The position numbers and the translations under genes were made by a program. A stretch of 63,771 bases of DNA, filler included, from Collodictyon triciliatum (taxonomy: Eukaryota), in assembly GCA_043381765.1 (NCBI GenBank). It is 5 parts of 5 records of this genome, joined end to end, with 100 filler letters (N's around TTAATTAATTAA, not from the genome) between each part and the next. Parts side by side here need not be neighbours in the genome. Positions count along the whole stretch, not along the records: positions 44,959 to 56,301 come from JBHJMP010000477.1; positions 56,402 to 61,570 come from JBHJMP010000490.1; 3 more parts are not named here. The stretch is one strand, 5' to 3'. Positions 46,794-60,978 of this stretch are shown piece after piece (the first letter of the stretch is position 1; the number at the start of each line of letters is the position of its first letter). The notes below the pieces were generated by a model that worked only from the letters and a program-made list of their open reading frames with translations, ran no database searches and was not told where the DNA came from.

Positions 46794-49700
46794 TCATGAA
46801 GCATACCGCCGAGTGCTAGCGAGCTGGCGTTCGAGCTTGAGGAGGCGCTTCTTCGTTTCGATTTCGCGGATTTGTGTATCAGCAAAGGATGTTGTCTGTG
46901 ATAGATTATTGAAGTAAGAAAAAAATAAAGATAAAGAAAAGGTCTAGTGAACGTTGTGTCTGGTTTATACATATCATGAAGCAGCAATATCTCTTTTGCA
47001 ATGCACACGTAATAGTATCGCTCCTTTATTTGCTTCGCGAAAACATACAAATAATGTAGGTGGCTTTGTGTGGCGTGTGTATAAGGAGTAGCAAAAGATC
47101 AAAAGCGTAGAGTTAATTTGATTCATTCGCCATACCAGGTAAACGGAGTTGCGGAACGACCCGCCGCTGTTTTGCTCGGCAGATTGCTGGGCTGTTCGGA
47201 CGAGTAGGCCGGTTGATTGGGTGATGTGGCGCGCCGCAGATTGCAGACGCTCAAAGTTGCGGCTGGCTGTGTTTGGACATTGTTGAGTGTGTGTGTGTGT
47301 TTGTGTGTTTGTGTGTTTGTGTGTTTGTGTGTTTGTGTGTTTGTGTGTTTGTGTGTTTGTGTGTTTGTGTGTTTGTGTGTTTGTGTGTTTGTGTGTTTGT
47401 GTGTAAATCTGTGATAGTAACCATTTGATTAGTTCATTTGCGTTAAAACCCATACTTTCATGTCCGCCGTATTTTGAAGATGACATAAACTGTGTCGTTG
47501 CAGTTGCGACGGACTGGGAGGCAAGGATTATCTTGTTTTCCTTGCCGTATCCCTGAGAGAATTCCGATGTAGTCTCAACCAGTTGGCTGCAGAATAGAGT
47601 TTTTGATTTATTCATTCATATATATACAAAATAGTTTCTTTTTTTTCTAACAAGGCAAAACCAAAGGGCTAATGCTTTCAATTTCAATAAAGAGAAAAGA
47701 ATATGTCAGCAATTGTAACCTGAAGCATGCCACGATGTTTTTAATGGCAGTGGAATAAGCCTCGTCGCCTTGCGGGTTGGCTTGGTATGTGGCATTTCCG
47801 GGTTGCGCGGTGCGAACCTCGACGATTTCGCGCTGAATGGCTCGGGCAAAAACCAAAAGGCGTACACAACTGGCATACACAACACGCGTCGATTCGAGCA
47901 AAGAATCTGAGACCTACAAGAAAAGATAACGAATGAATTGGAAGATTATATTTGAGTAGGAGCAAAATTCTCTGATTCCATAGCATATATGTATATTGCA
48001 GTGTATAAAAAAAATATGCTGCAGTTTCGCAGAAGGAAAAGAATAAATAGTGCAAATGCATTTGTATGTATTGTCTTTTGAACATCTCACCTCATAGATT
48101 TTGCGAGAAACACCGGCTTCGGCATATGGTTTCAGTGTTTGAATGCGATTGTTGAGAGCTTCCAGAGCCTTGGTGGAATTTACAATCTCCTGTTCCACAG
48201 AATCTCCCATCGTTTCAGTCTGATTAAAATGGTATTAACATTTGTATATTATTATTAATAATAATGAATACGTATGTAAATATGCGTCATATTGGTGAAC
48301 TGGAATAAGTATGTACTTATGCAAGATGAGAATGCAAATGTGGTTGGTGTGAAGCTTTAATTTTCAAAGTCTAGGTACCTTTGGAACGAGAGTGCAGGCA
48401 GTGCGGCCACTGTTGATACTCTTTTGGGTCAACGAAACAAGGTTGTTAGCTGCTGCCATGACCTTTTGGAAGATCTCTTGCTCGCTGGCTGTCGAGCGTG
48501 ATGCGTTCAAGGCATCCCAGGCTGTGTCGTTGATATCCTGGGCGATGTCAAACAGCTCTCCTTGGACATACTCTACAGGTGTCAGTGCAGCCAAGTTGCG
48601 TAGCGCAGCAGCAAACTTGCTGGAAACAACTGACATTGATTTGACCACGGGAAGCATCTAAGGACCAGCAGGATGGCGGCATAATAAAAATGACAGAAGA
48701 ATAAAATTCGTGAATCTGTGAAAATGATTGTCTATTATCATATTCATTAGTATTTTATTTTTTTTAAAGAGCGTGTGTATATTTCCGGTGGGTGTATGAT
48801 TAAAATGGTTTGCTAAGAGAAGACGCTAAATGTTAAAGAAAAATTAATTACATCGTCCTTGTTGGAGATTTTGGAAATGAGGTCGACAATGTGTGCAACA
48901 ACAGGCTTGGCTGTGGCCACGATTGTGTCGCTGTGAGTGTCGACTGAGGCAAACTCTGCAGTTTGGACGACAGATGTGGTTGCTGCCTTCAGAGAGCGTC
49001 CAGCACGCTCCACATTAGCGGCTGCATCTGGATTCGTGAGACGAGCACGAGCAGCAGAAATCAACTGCGTTGTTCCGTCATTGACGCTCTTTGCTGCATC
49101 CAGAAGTTGTTGCTGCAGAATGGAGTCCTGGATAGTGGCTGCACCCTCCTTTGCAGATGTGGTCAATGCAGAAGACTTTGCAGCGAGGGCCTTTCATGAA
49201 CAAAGAATGCGTTTAGACACAAAGTTGTTTGAGAAGTAGAACGAGAGAGGATGAAAAGAGAAAACTATGTTTTCATCCGATTTTACAGAATATATCAGGG
49301 ACTACGATGGGTGCATTCATTCTGGTACATGAGAAGGACTGGAATAGAAGAAAAAAAAGTTCGAAATTCCTATCAAGGACAATGAAAAGTTTATCATTAT
49401 TTTTTAAAAGAAAAAAAGCGAGTACCTTGGCGGATGTCACAAGGTCGACCTGATTAGCTGCTTGTACGACCTTGGTGAATATGAATGAGAAAAAATAATC
49501 AGTGGCATAACATAAATTTTAAAAAAAAATATTTATGAGTGTAGCAGAAAGTCGGTCGGTATATTGTATGTTGCTGCTGTCGTTGGTGTATAATGCGTGC
49601 GCTCCTTGGTGTAATAATTGTTTTCTCTGCTATAGAATAGAGTTTACCTTATCAATGGCTTGCAGCAACTCAACCGAGGTATCATCAATCTTTGATTTCC

Positions 49701-49795
49701 ATGGGGGGCATGGAGAGATAATTGATTGTAAACTTTCTTCAAGGGGAGCGATTGCTGAGGCAATTTTCGTGGTTGTCATAACCTATAATATTTTC

Positions 49796-49880
<85 letters not shown>

Positions 49881-52800
49881 GACCATACATTTAGCCATCA
49901 CTTTTCTATCCATCCTTTTTTTTTTTTTTTTGTAATTATAAAAGTGGACAGAGAAAATACTTAAAACTTAGTGGCTATTTATATTCATCAACCAAATCAT
50001 CATAATGAGCGAGAAGGCGTCTTATTTCAGAATATTTATATTCGGGTTTAAATATTAGAAGGCTATGACTTACATTCTGAGTAAATGTGGCGACATCTTT
50101 GCAGGCGGCTGCGACTTGCTGCTTTGAAAAGTTATCTGTGTTTTGAGATTTTGCTTTGTTGACGAGATTAGACGTGGCCTTGGAAACTGCCTTTGCTGCC
50201 AACTTGAGTTGGTTTCGGAGAGCCTCGGATTTAATCTTGTCAATTTGGGAGGTAGCGGCCTGGACGACTCTTCTTGTGCTGGAATTGAGCTCCTCGATGG
50301 CGTGGTCGACCTGCAATGCAGGAGATGGAATCCGGCGTGGAGAACAATATCAACAAATAATAAAACATGTATAAAGTGTGATAATCCACCATCAGGTAAA
50401 CTCTGGAAATCGTTTACTCGGTAGCTTGGATGATAAAGGAGACAAATATAATTTTCTCGCAAAAGGAAGTAATCAGCCTCAGTCGCACAAAAAGAAAAGA
50501 AAAGAAAAGAAAAGAAAAGAAAAGGGAATATTTCTAGAGTATCTATGTGCAAGTACGGAGAGAGAAAAGCAAAAAGATGGATGATAAAAGAAAAAGAAAA
50601 AGAAAAAGAAAAAGCAAAAAGATGGATGATAAAAAAAAAAGAAGCTAGTGAAACCTTTTCTGGGCTCTCATTGAGAGAGACCAGGACGCGGGAAGTAGCC
50701 GAAGCGAGACTTCCAGAGGCGTTTGCCACAGATGTTGTTGCAACGGCGAGGGACTTTGAGACGGATCGAGAATGGGTGCGGCCCCCCTCGGGGACTTCGT
50801 CAGTGTAGCCAGCAGCGACCAAAGCTGCGCCTTCAGCGAGAGCACTTGCGACGGGGTCATCGGGGACGAGTTCCTCCTCGACTTTAGCCAAGGGGACTGT
50901 GGAGCAGAGCTCTGCAGCGGCGATGACTGCGTTGTGCGAGGTGAGGACGTTGCGAGAGGGAGTTGCATGGCTGAATGTGGACTGAGCAGCGGAGACGAGG
51001 TTCTTTACGGAGGAGCAAACGGCGCTTGCGGCGGAGGAGAGCTTGATGCGAGAGTCGTGGTCGATGCCGTTCTTGAGGACGGACTTTGCGGCGGGGACGA
51101 GCTGGGAGGTGGCGGAGGCGATGGACTTTGCGGCAAGGGTGAGATGCTCGGCAAGCTCCGGGTTTGTGATGGAGGAGACCTTCTCGTTGACGAGGACAAC
51201 CATTTCATTTGCAGAGAGGGCCAGCTTCTTTGCGGCCTCCATCATGCTGGGCTCGTCGCCCTCGACGGCGTTGAGGAGCTGGGTCATGCTTGCGGCGACA
51301 GCATCGGTCTGGACAATGAGCTCGTCCATGTCCTTCTGGTCGCTGCCAGCAGCACGGTAGGTGGCGACGAGCTTGGAGGTTGTCTCGTTCGCGGCGGCAA
51401 TGAGGGAGGCGAGCTTCTGGGAGACGGCGGGGGTGTTGCAGGTGGCCATGATGGAGCGGGCGTTCTCGATGAGACTGGAGACGGCGACGCTGGCGGAGCG
51501 GGCCGTGTGGACGAGGCTGGCGGTGTAAGCGTTCTGAGGCTCGGTGGTCTTGAGCCGAGCAGCATGCAAAGAGGCGACGGCCTCGTTTGCGGCGCGCAAA
51601 GAAGCGGTGAATGCGTGCTGGACAGTGGGCGGGGCCAGAACGACCGCCTCCTGGGCAAAGGCCTGCAGCCCGCCGACAGAGGACTCGAACTTTGCCGAGG
51701 ACTCGACAAGATCCTCCTTGAGCTGGACCTCGAGCAGGACGGAGCCGAGCTCGGTGACCTCCCGGATGACATCCTTGATGCGGTCCTGGCTCTGCTCGCT
51801 GTCCTGCAGGGCGCCGACGTCCTGGCCCAGGCCGATGACGGAGGCAATGAGGTCGTTGACGCGCTCGGCGGTCTGCTGCAGCTGGGCTCGCTTGGCCTCG
51901 TCGGTGGTGCGGACGGCGGCGGAGCGCGCGGCAGAGACAAGCTTTGCGGACGAGGCGGCGACGCTGTTGACGGAGGCCATGGTTGCGGTTGCGGAGGTCT
52001 GGCTGATGATGGAGGTCATGAGGCCGTTGGAGGCGTCGTCGATGTCCTTGAGCGCGCCCTGCAGCTCCTCGCGCACAATGTGTGTGGGGATGGACATCAT
52101 GGCGCTCTTGGAGGTGGAGACGAAGCCGGCTATGGAGTCGGCCACGGCCTTTGTGGCAAAGGCGACGAGCTGCTGCTGCGCAGGGTCGATGCGGGCGCCG
52201 GGCGTGGCGGCGGCGGCGGCGTGCGTGGCGCCCACCAGGACGGCAACGCTGGAGCCCAGGGTCTTTGCGGCGGCAACGAGGCCGGCCTCCACAGCCGGGT
52301 CGTAGACGGCAACGGTGATGCGGTCGGCAGCCACCTTGGCCTGGTTGGACAGCTCGAGCAGGGCCACAGACGCAGCCTTGGCCGCCTGGACCACGCGCTC
52401 GGCAAGGACCGGGTCGCTGGTCTGGGCCGTGGACTTGGACGAGGCCAGCAGGCGGGCGCAGCAGTCGGAGACGGTCTTTGCGGCGCCGACAACGGCCTGC
52501 GAGTGCTTTGCGCCCGGCGAGACGACGGCCAGCGCGGCGCCCTGCTGCACAAGCGTGGCCTGCCGCACCTCGCCTGCAGACAGCATCATGGACGTGGCTG
52601 CGGCGATGTTCTTTGCGGCCGCCACGCGCGCAGGCTGGTCGTTGCGGCCGTGCGCCGCCGCAAGCTGCGAGGATGCCGTGGCCATCAGCTGGACCGCCTC
52701 AATCAGCTTGTGGTTGGTCGCCCCGCCCGTGCCCTGCAGCACGCACGCCGCACGCGCCGCTGACATCATCCCCGCGCACGAGGTCAGGATGCTGCGGGTG

Positions 52801-55800
52801 GACAGGATGGCCTGCGATGCATCCCGTGTGCTCACAAGAACCGCCGTCTCCGACGCAAGCGTCTCGCCTGCCTGTGCAAGCTCCAGCGGTGCGTCCTCCG
52901 GCTCCACAATCCGCACTGCCGGCAGCTCCACCTTCTTGCCGTGCACCTCCGCCACAGACGCCGTCACGGTGCTCAGTGCCGCCTGCATCATGCTCTCCGT
53001 CGCGTTGTACTCGGTCAGCACAGAAGACTTGCTCGACACCTCCTGGTAGATCACGTCCATCTCGCTCAGGATTGTGGCGCACTGCGCGACCGTCCCTTCC
53101 GTGCTCACAGACCCCACCGCTCCGGCCACGCTCATCTGCTGCCCAAATGCGGCGCTCCCTTGTCGGGGCGAAAGCGGGCCTCCGATTCCGCTCGCCTGCT
53201 GCTGTGTGCTCAGCGCCCCGCTCATCGCCGTGATGGCCTGTGCGCGCACTGCTCCCACAACTTCCTCTGTTGCAATCATCTCTTCCTCCTGCAGGTGTCG
53301 CACGGGGGCGTTGCCCTCTGGATTTTGGTGTGATTGTGTGATTGTGTGATTGTGTGATTGTGTGATTGTGTGATTGTGTGATTGTGTGATTGTGTGATTG
53401 TGTGATTGTGTGATTGTGTGATTGTGTGATTGTGTGATTGTGTNNNNNNNNNNNNNNNNNNNNNNNNNNNNNNNNNNNNNNNNNNNNNNNNNNNNNNNNN
53501 NNNNNNNNNNNNNNNNNNNNNNNNNNNNNNNNNNNNNNNNNNNTATGTGTGTGTGATTATGTGTGTGTGATTATGTGTGTGTGATTATGTGTGTGTGATT
53601 ATGTGTGTGATTATGTGTGTGTGATTATGTGTGTGTGATTATGTGTGTGTGATTATGTGTGTGTGATTATGTGTGTGTGATTATGTGTGTCATTGTGTGT
53701 GTGATTATGTGTGTCATTGTGTGATCGTTTGTTTTTTAACGAAGGAGATGCACGCACATACATATGCATACACAGAATACGAAAGAAAGTGTAATTCTAT
53801 GGAAAGATATTATGCTCTTTCCTCTCTCTTATTTTCTCTGACATGCTTGCTCCCAATATTTTGTCAAACCTCGTCTCTTTTGCAAGATAATATCGATGTA
53901 TCCAGCAATAAGCTGGGAAATGGCATCTCCTTCTGTTGTTTGGACAACTACATATTCGTCTTCGTAGTCTCCAAAGTCCATTGTGAATGTTCCGGGATTT
54001 GCGGCCCATCGACGGAGATGGGTCAATGGATAGTGAGAAATGACAGTCTTTGAGGAGCAAAAGAAATGAAAACGATCGTGGGAAAATGAGTAGCGGTTCA
54101 ATTTTAGTGGGTAGCAAATCTCCTGCCTAATTATTTTTAAGATGTATGCTATTTTCGCGCATATACTTTTCAAAGAGTAGGATTTTACCCGTGTTTCACC
54201 ATCGAGTCTGATGATAGAGTCTCGAGTAATACCCAACAGGCGATTCATTATTTTCTTGTCTTTCTTTGTCTTTTCCTGAAACAATTAAAATATTAATGAT
54301 GAAATTTTGACATTCGCATTCATTAAAATTAGCAAAAGAAATAGAAAATGATTTGCTCTTTTTTCGATCTAAAGGAGGGTATCATCAAAAAAAAAAAATA
54401 AGAGTGATGTTTGTTCCTTTTTTTCAATACATCTATTAGGAAGAGGAATATGGAGAGATAGAGATAGAGATAGAGATAGAGATAGAGATAGAGATAGAGA
54501 TAGAGATAGAGATAGAGATAGAGATAGAGATAGAGATAGAGATAGAGATAGAGATAGAGATAGAGATAAAGAAAGGAAGAAAATATAAGTGATCAATTTG
54601 CGTTATTTTTACACGGACCTTAATATTGAAGAACGTGATACCATAAGTTTTGATTTGGCGACAATTTTGCACATAGCGATACTTTGCATGAACATCAGAG
54701 ACACCGCTCAATTTTCGGTGTTCGGCAAATATCTCCTTATCGATGTTTCGCGCCTTTCGGAAGGTCATGGGTAGAATCTCTTCTATTCTATATTGTGATA
54801 TTTAGCCATGGCAATAGACTGATGTCCTCCAATTTTTTAAAAGTCCTTTTTATCTTTACATGGGCTTGTGTTTTACAAATGCATATAATATTTCCATATG
54901 ACAATTCTTTTTCATTTTCTACCACTTTTTTTCCCGATCATTTTCTTCTGTTAGATATAACATAGGAAAGAGGTTATCTTACTTGATGGTCCCAATTTTG
55001 TGCTTGTTTGGGTTGTGATTTCCATATGTGACTTGAAGCTGTAAGCCAGCCAATTTGATCGCCTCTTCCATACTGCATCGAAGCTCTTCTTGCAGAATTT
55101 GTTTGGTAGCCTGGTGATGTGATTTTCACTTCATGATTTGTGTTCGTCAAGGATACAAGTTTATGCATCTCACAGTTGTCATTCAAGACGTGCAAGACAT
55201 ATACATAAATAGATGTGGCGGAGTAGGTATAGGGTGCTCCAGAACCTGGACGTAGAGGAGATGCAACTCAAGAGGATCACTGGCATCGATGTTTGCGTCG
55301 CTGAAAAAGAATTTCTTCTTCATCAACAATACTGACTCAGCAGGGATTCCCTGTTCGTGTAGAGAAGTGGTGGGCTTGAGCCAGTCAGCTGTATCGCCAT
55401 AGTCATGTTAGATTACTGAAGACAACGCATACGAGAAAGGGGAGGAAAACAAAACGATTAAGCAGAGAAAAAGAAGAACTGCTTTATAGAATTATTGACG
55501 TCTCATGATTAATTTCATAAAGTGTGAAGCAAAACTTGTGGGAAAAATTAAAAAAATTAATCATTTCCTCAAAAAAAAAAAAAAGGAAAGGGATGTGTTT
55601 TAACCTGTTTAATTCTTTTATATGTGATTATTTTTCAGTATACTTGAACACGGAAGTGCTAGGAAAGAGGGTGCTTATGAGTGACTAACCGTCCTTTCTT
55701 TCTTCGATGAGGGAGAACTCGTCGGGGTTTCCAAGGCCGATCTTTTTAGCAATTTGTCGCACGACATCGACTACAGGCTGGCTTTCATCAACAATGACTG

Positions 55801-56066
55801 TCTTGATGGACTCGTCGAGGAGCTGTCACAAAGACGACAACAAATTATATGAGAAAACTGCTTTAAAAATATGCTTGCAGGACAAAACGCTTCCTGGATA
55901 CGACGTCTCTGTCATTCCTTTCTGCAGAGATAATATAGATACACGGAGAAAGCAATGTAAAGGCCAATGCTTGAACAACAACAAACAAACATAAAAAATT
56001 ACAACAAAAACTCGATTATACCTTGATCTTCAGTGGTCGCTGCTTGCGTCGGAACTCAACCATATC
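46794..56066 (-). CDS. TLN: Talin (FERM F1-F3, rod, C-terminal I/LWEQ); F0 subdomain missing at the scaffold edge
   Basis: RKQRPLKIKLLDESIKTVIVD, KKKFFFSDANIDASDPLELHLLYVQ, KYRYVQNCRQIKTYGITFF, RLLGITRDSIIRLD, YPLTHLRRWAA, FTMDFGDYEDEY and TTEGDAISQLIAGYIDIIL; Ala-rich helical rod; ends IREIETKKRLLKLERQLASTRR. Confidence 0.95.
47286..47404. repeat. (GTGTTTGT)n intronic microsatellite
   Basis: Read directly from the sequence. Confidence 0.95.
49796..49877. repeat. (AAT)n intronic microsatellite
   Basis: Read directly from the sequence. Confidence 0.95.
53328..53725. repeat. (GTGTGATT)n - gap - (GTGTGTGTGATTAT)n intronic repeat just upstream of the large talin exon
   Basis: Read directly from the sequence. 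Confidence 0.9.
54455..54568. repeat. (GAGATA)n intronic microsatellite
   Basis: Read directly from the sequence. Confidence 0.95.
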
Positions 56067-56301
56067 CTGCGTTATGATGAATCAGTTAGCATAAATCAGA
56101 GGGGGAAACAGAGGAATCGACTATTCTAGTGTTGATATTATTGGCCTAAAAAGATTCTTATTATAGAGGTGGTCTGGCAATACATAAGCCGTATCAAAAG
56201 ACATGCTATGAAAGGAGGGAGAGCGCAAGAAGCCACCTTCCCAAAAAATGGGAAAAAAAAAAGGAAAAAACGAAATGAAAACAAAACAAAAGAAAATGAA
56301 A

Positions 56302-56401
56302 NNNNNNNNNNNNNNNNNNNNNNNNNNNNNNNNNNNNNNNNNNNNTTAATTAATTAANNNNNNNNNNNNNNNNNNNNNNNNNNNNNNNNNNNNNNNNNNN
56401 N
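56302..56401. other. Artificial scaffold-joining spacer
   Basis: N44-TTAATTAATTAA-N44. Confidence 0.95.
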
Positions 56402-56455
56402 AAATAACAAAAAAAAAAAAAAAAAAAAAAACGAAAAGAAAAGAAAAAAGTCGTA

Positions 56456-59400
56456 CTTGAGACCAATCATTTCTTTTATTTTTTTTATCTTCAGTTCGAA
56501 AATAATTATTTTGCAAAAAATGATTAATTATATCACAAACCCTTGCTTTTTGAATCAAGCGACTCAAAAGATCCCCTAAAGGTGTTGATGGAATATCTTG
56601 TGTTTGTAGAGCATCTTTTCCGGAAATCTTAAAATTGTTAAAAACGATCACAATTCATATTCATGAGGCAATATTCGCGTCCTAATATTAAACTAAGCTA
56701 GAAAGTAAAAGAAAGAAGAATATATCATATTTAGTTTAGTTTATTTGCGAAAACTTTGCCCAATACCTGGTGGAGGCAACAAACTTTTCTCAATTTGAGG
56801 TAAGGGTCAAAAAACTTTGGTGCTATATTCCTATGAGAATGTAATCCATGTGTGTGGTAAATAAAATGATATGAAAATTAAAGCCTGGAGAACGAAATAA
56901 CAACGCATGATGCATCACTATAACTCCTTGTGGATTATGCATATAAAAGTGACAATAACTACATGGCCTACCTATCAATTACTGTTTCAGGTCTTTTATA
57001 CTTTTCAAAAAGTCTGAAGGCCTCAGCGGCACAAACCTATGTATTATTAAAAATATAGAATCCCTTAACATATATCTAAATCATTTCCTTATTTTTTCAT
57101 GGAAGCTGTGAGGTTGGACACTTACTGTCAACATCTTTCGGTAGTTAAACATTTCGGGAGCTGAAAACTTTACCATATGTACCTTATTCTCCTATATATA
57201 AATTGAAGGATAAAGCAAGAAATATTGTTATCAAAGTTTAGAAACTATTTTTCATTAAAAAAAAAAAAGCAAAGTCTTCATCATGGTGTGTAGTGTTCAT
57301 GCCAAACCGCCGATGCATATTCGAGCTGCTCGCTCACCATCTCCTAAAATATATTTATTTTTATTAAGAAAACAGCGAGCAAATGTAAAACGAAATAGTA
57401 ATGATAATCAATAAATTGGCAATCAGCTGGTCGACATAAAATTAAAGATGAGTTGGCTGAAAAAAAAATAATAAATTGAACAAAATCAAATGCAGCTAAC
57501 AGGGAGCAAACCTTGCTTGTTCTCCATAAAACACTTCTCAAGTATTGTAAATAAACCGACTGAGTGAGATGGCAACCTTAAATAGACAAGTGTTGATAAT
57601 GGTATTTTATGGTGAATTAAAAAGGAAATAATAATTTTAGTGGAATCTAAGAAATAAAAAATGGCAGAAATGCTGATTATCAAAATATTTCATGATATTC
57701 GAAACACTGATAATAAAAAAAAAAAAGCGGTACGTTGTTCGAAAGGGTCTTGAATAAATCTCTTCCAGTCTGATGAGGAACTGAATCGCCCGGGATCAAT
57801 AATTGATGTGAAAGCTGCAATTTTTTTTAAATAATATGTCACAATTTGAAGAGGATTCTGGTACCAAAAAAAATGAATAGAAATACTCAATAACCTGGTA
57901 TTGAAAAGCATTTTCCAGAATAAATTTTCGCTCAATATTGTAACGAATAGTTTTCATTTATTTATTTATTTGAACATATTAAAACTATGGTATGAATATC
58001 ACTGTGCAGGTCCATGAAGTTTTTTCGAATTGGAGTTCCCGTGATGCACCATACATATCTTGAAGTGAGCTGCGATATGATGAAAAATATTGTTGAATAG
58101 TGTCCTGCGTATCCCCCAATCATCAATTAGATAAAATTTTCTTTTTTTATTTTATTTATTATCACGCATATTTTTAGTGTTTTTCTCTTGAATCCGTAAA
58201 GATTAGAACCTACGGAATCTTTATGAATTCACTAACCTGTTGCGTCATTTGAAACAACTTTAAGCTCCCGTCGACCAATTGAGATTCGTCATAGATGACT
58301 CTCCACCATTTTATGAACGGAAGCAACGTAAGCGGTTCTAAATATTTCTTCTCCTTTCTTGGGCTCTTTCTCTTAAAACAAAAGTATGCCAAAACGGAAA
58401 TGACAAAGTGAGATGAAGATGCAACACATGCCTTTTTGTTGTTGTTTTTTAAAAGAAGGAAATACCGCGTTTTTTTTTTAATATTAATGATTACACATAT
58501 CTCGGTGAAAGGCAAATCGCTGCGAAGGACGTTGTATGTGGTAATTATAATATCGTATTTGCATATTTCATCCACATTCAACATCGACTTTGGTTTTTTT
58601 ATGCCGTCATAGAATAAACAGGAAAAGCTTTCACAGTTGATATGCTTTGTTATTTCACTTCTCCACTAGATAGAGTTGTGTTTTATTATATGTATGCTTT
58701 AAAGTGAAATTTCAAGATGGCTGATATATTTTAAATATTATTCATCTTTTAAAAAATGTATGTATGTAAAGTACTTGAACTGATATGGACTCTGGAGTTA
58801 CGATTAGGGTAGTTTTAACTGCAATTATTGGGTGACATGCCTTGCAGTAGAATCTTTCAAGTACAAGACATCAGTTACACACATATATAAATATTTAGAA
58901 AGGAAGAAGTGATTATAGCTTGAAAGAAATGTAAAGGAAACTTAAGTGGCCAGTAACTATGGCATAATCATTATATAAAGGAATGACCTCAACGATATAG
59001 AATGGTTTTAAAATGTCCTATATAAGAATTATATTTGGCTTACTTGTTACGTATTACAACGCCGTGGGCTGAAGCGCAACTATCATGATACTTATGACGA
59101 CAATTCTCACAAAATCTTACATCAGCGGATTCTTTTTCACTCGTGTTTCCACAACAAATATAGATATGCCCATCTAAAGGTAATATTAAGAGAAAAATTA
59201 ATATTCCGACATTAGAACGCAATCAGATACTCTTTAGCATCGTCTAATCGGTTGCAACAACGATGATATAAAAAAAAACTAATGGTATAAAAAGACAACT
59301 CAAACCAACATCGGAGTAAAATAAAAAGAAAAGAAATAAGCGGACCAGATAGATGGTTCGACTCTGCGCTGTGAATAACTTTACATCGAACATCAACAGT

Positions 59401-60978
59401 TTCTGAGCACTCCTCCATTTTGTTGGCGAGGATGCATGTCAAAGCCTCTAGGGTCTTTCCTAATCCCATTTCATCGCAAAGGATTCCTCCTAGTATCTAT
59501 ATCATTACCAAATCAAAATAGAACTGATAAAACCTAGCAAGACCTTTGATGACTTGATTGGATACTTATAATACATAAAAATTCTGCGTATGCTTTGTAT
59601 GTATAAGAAATCAAAAATAGAGGGAGATTGAATGAACAGCACTCAAGGAAACAGTAGAGATTGCATTAAATAGGAATTTAATACTGGATGGGTTGGAGGC
59701 GGTTCGTGCATTTGGATGTCGCAAGTGAGTTTGTTTACATAGACAGCCTGTCCGTGAACAGAAAAACTGATCCATTCGTCGAATAATCTATGCCTCGGGA
59801 GTGTAAAGTCATGTTTCCCTTCTCTGCTGAGCATCCACGAAACGCTCCTTCTCTGAAAAGGTAGCAGTCTAGAATTCAACTGCGGAAAATCTGAAATCTC
59901 TGGGTAAATATCCTCTGCCATGGGTGCCACTGCATCATAAACCATGTGGACAACCTCTGACTGCGTCATACGCACTAGTTGCTCCTACAACACAAGTGAC
60001 AGGAGAATAACATACCCGAAAGATATTATCAAGATGCCCATGTAATACTAACCAAATCACTTAAAAATGCAAAGAAATGATAATTTATTGGTTTCATAAG
60101 TAGTTTAATACACTATCCCATCACAAATATTCTTTAAAAAAAAATACAGAATGAGGGTGCAAGATATCATGTCACTATAATTTTGCCTCAGTGATGGGTC
60201 TCTAAGCCAACATCTGCATAGTTGTTTTTTATTTTTTTATTTTTTTGTTTTTTTATTTTTTTATTTTTTTATTTTTTTTATTTTTTTTATTTTTTTATTT
60301 TTTGAATTTGTTTTTGTTTTTTGTTTTTTGTTTTTTGTTTTTTGTTTTTTGTTTTTTGTTTTTGTTTTTTGTTTTTTTTGTTTTTTNNNNNNNNNNNNNN
60401 NNNNNNNNNNNNNNNNNNNNNNNNNNNNNNNNNNNNNNNNNNNNNNNNNNNNNNNNNNNNNNNNNNNNNNNNNNNNNNNNNNNNNNTTTCACTTATCGTG
60501 CTCGTACATCTGAGGCTGATGAATCCAGGCCTTGCAAGTGCTGCATCCAAAGCCGAGCCCAGATGCATCGGGCAGACTTGGACCACCCTTTCTTTAGTAC
60601 GAACACGGTCATCAATAAAGTCTCATCAAGTTGGCTACAGCGCAGATGCCACCATCCATCACGCAGGCCGTCTGCAATCCACGCCGGACGAATGCTTCGC
60701 ACAGAACCGACGATATATCGCTCGAGCCGCACGACCTTGCAGATGACTGTCGCATCATCCGGGGTGATTTCAAAGCGGATATCGGCGTCCTCTTGGGCTG
60801 CGTGCGACTCAGCCGGGCAAGTCTCGTCCATCGTGTCGATCTCAACCGCAGCCGTGACCCAATCCTCGGGCAGTTGATCGGCACACGCAGCATCGGCTTC
60901 TGATGAAAAGCGCCGCTTCTTTGCGGCTTTGCTTTGTGCATGCGTGCCTGTTCCGAAGACTATGTGCGCAGAGTTCAT
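56456..60978 (-). CDS. SHPRH: SHPRH-like SNF2 helicase / E3 ligase with an inserted PHD finger; 3' partial
   Basis: LLPFQRRSVSWMLSRE, GGILCDEMGLGKTLEALTCIL (motif I), PHD-like YICC...CENCRHKYHDSC...FYCKAC, TTLIVTP, YDIIITTYNVL, WWRVIYDESQLV (motif II), WCITGTPI (motif III) and LKLRKVCC. Confidence 0.9.

Noticed and set aside
50772-53349. Long plus-strand ORFs (663, 253, 244, 251 aa)
   Set aside because: Antisense shadows of the GC3-biased talin exon; no motifs of their own.
55147-55156. GTATCCTT U12-type donor motif on the minus strand
   Set aside because: It lies inside an ordinary GT-AG talin intron, not at an exon boundary. No minor introns were found in the parts traced.
41927-60978. 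Apparent DNA-repair gene cluster (chromo-WWE, AlkA, SHPRH)
   Set aside because: The three genes lie on different scaffolds joined by artificial spacers.
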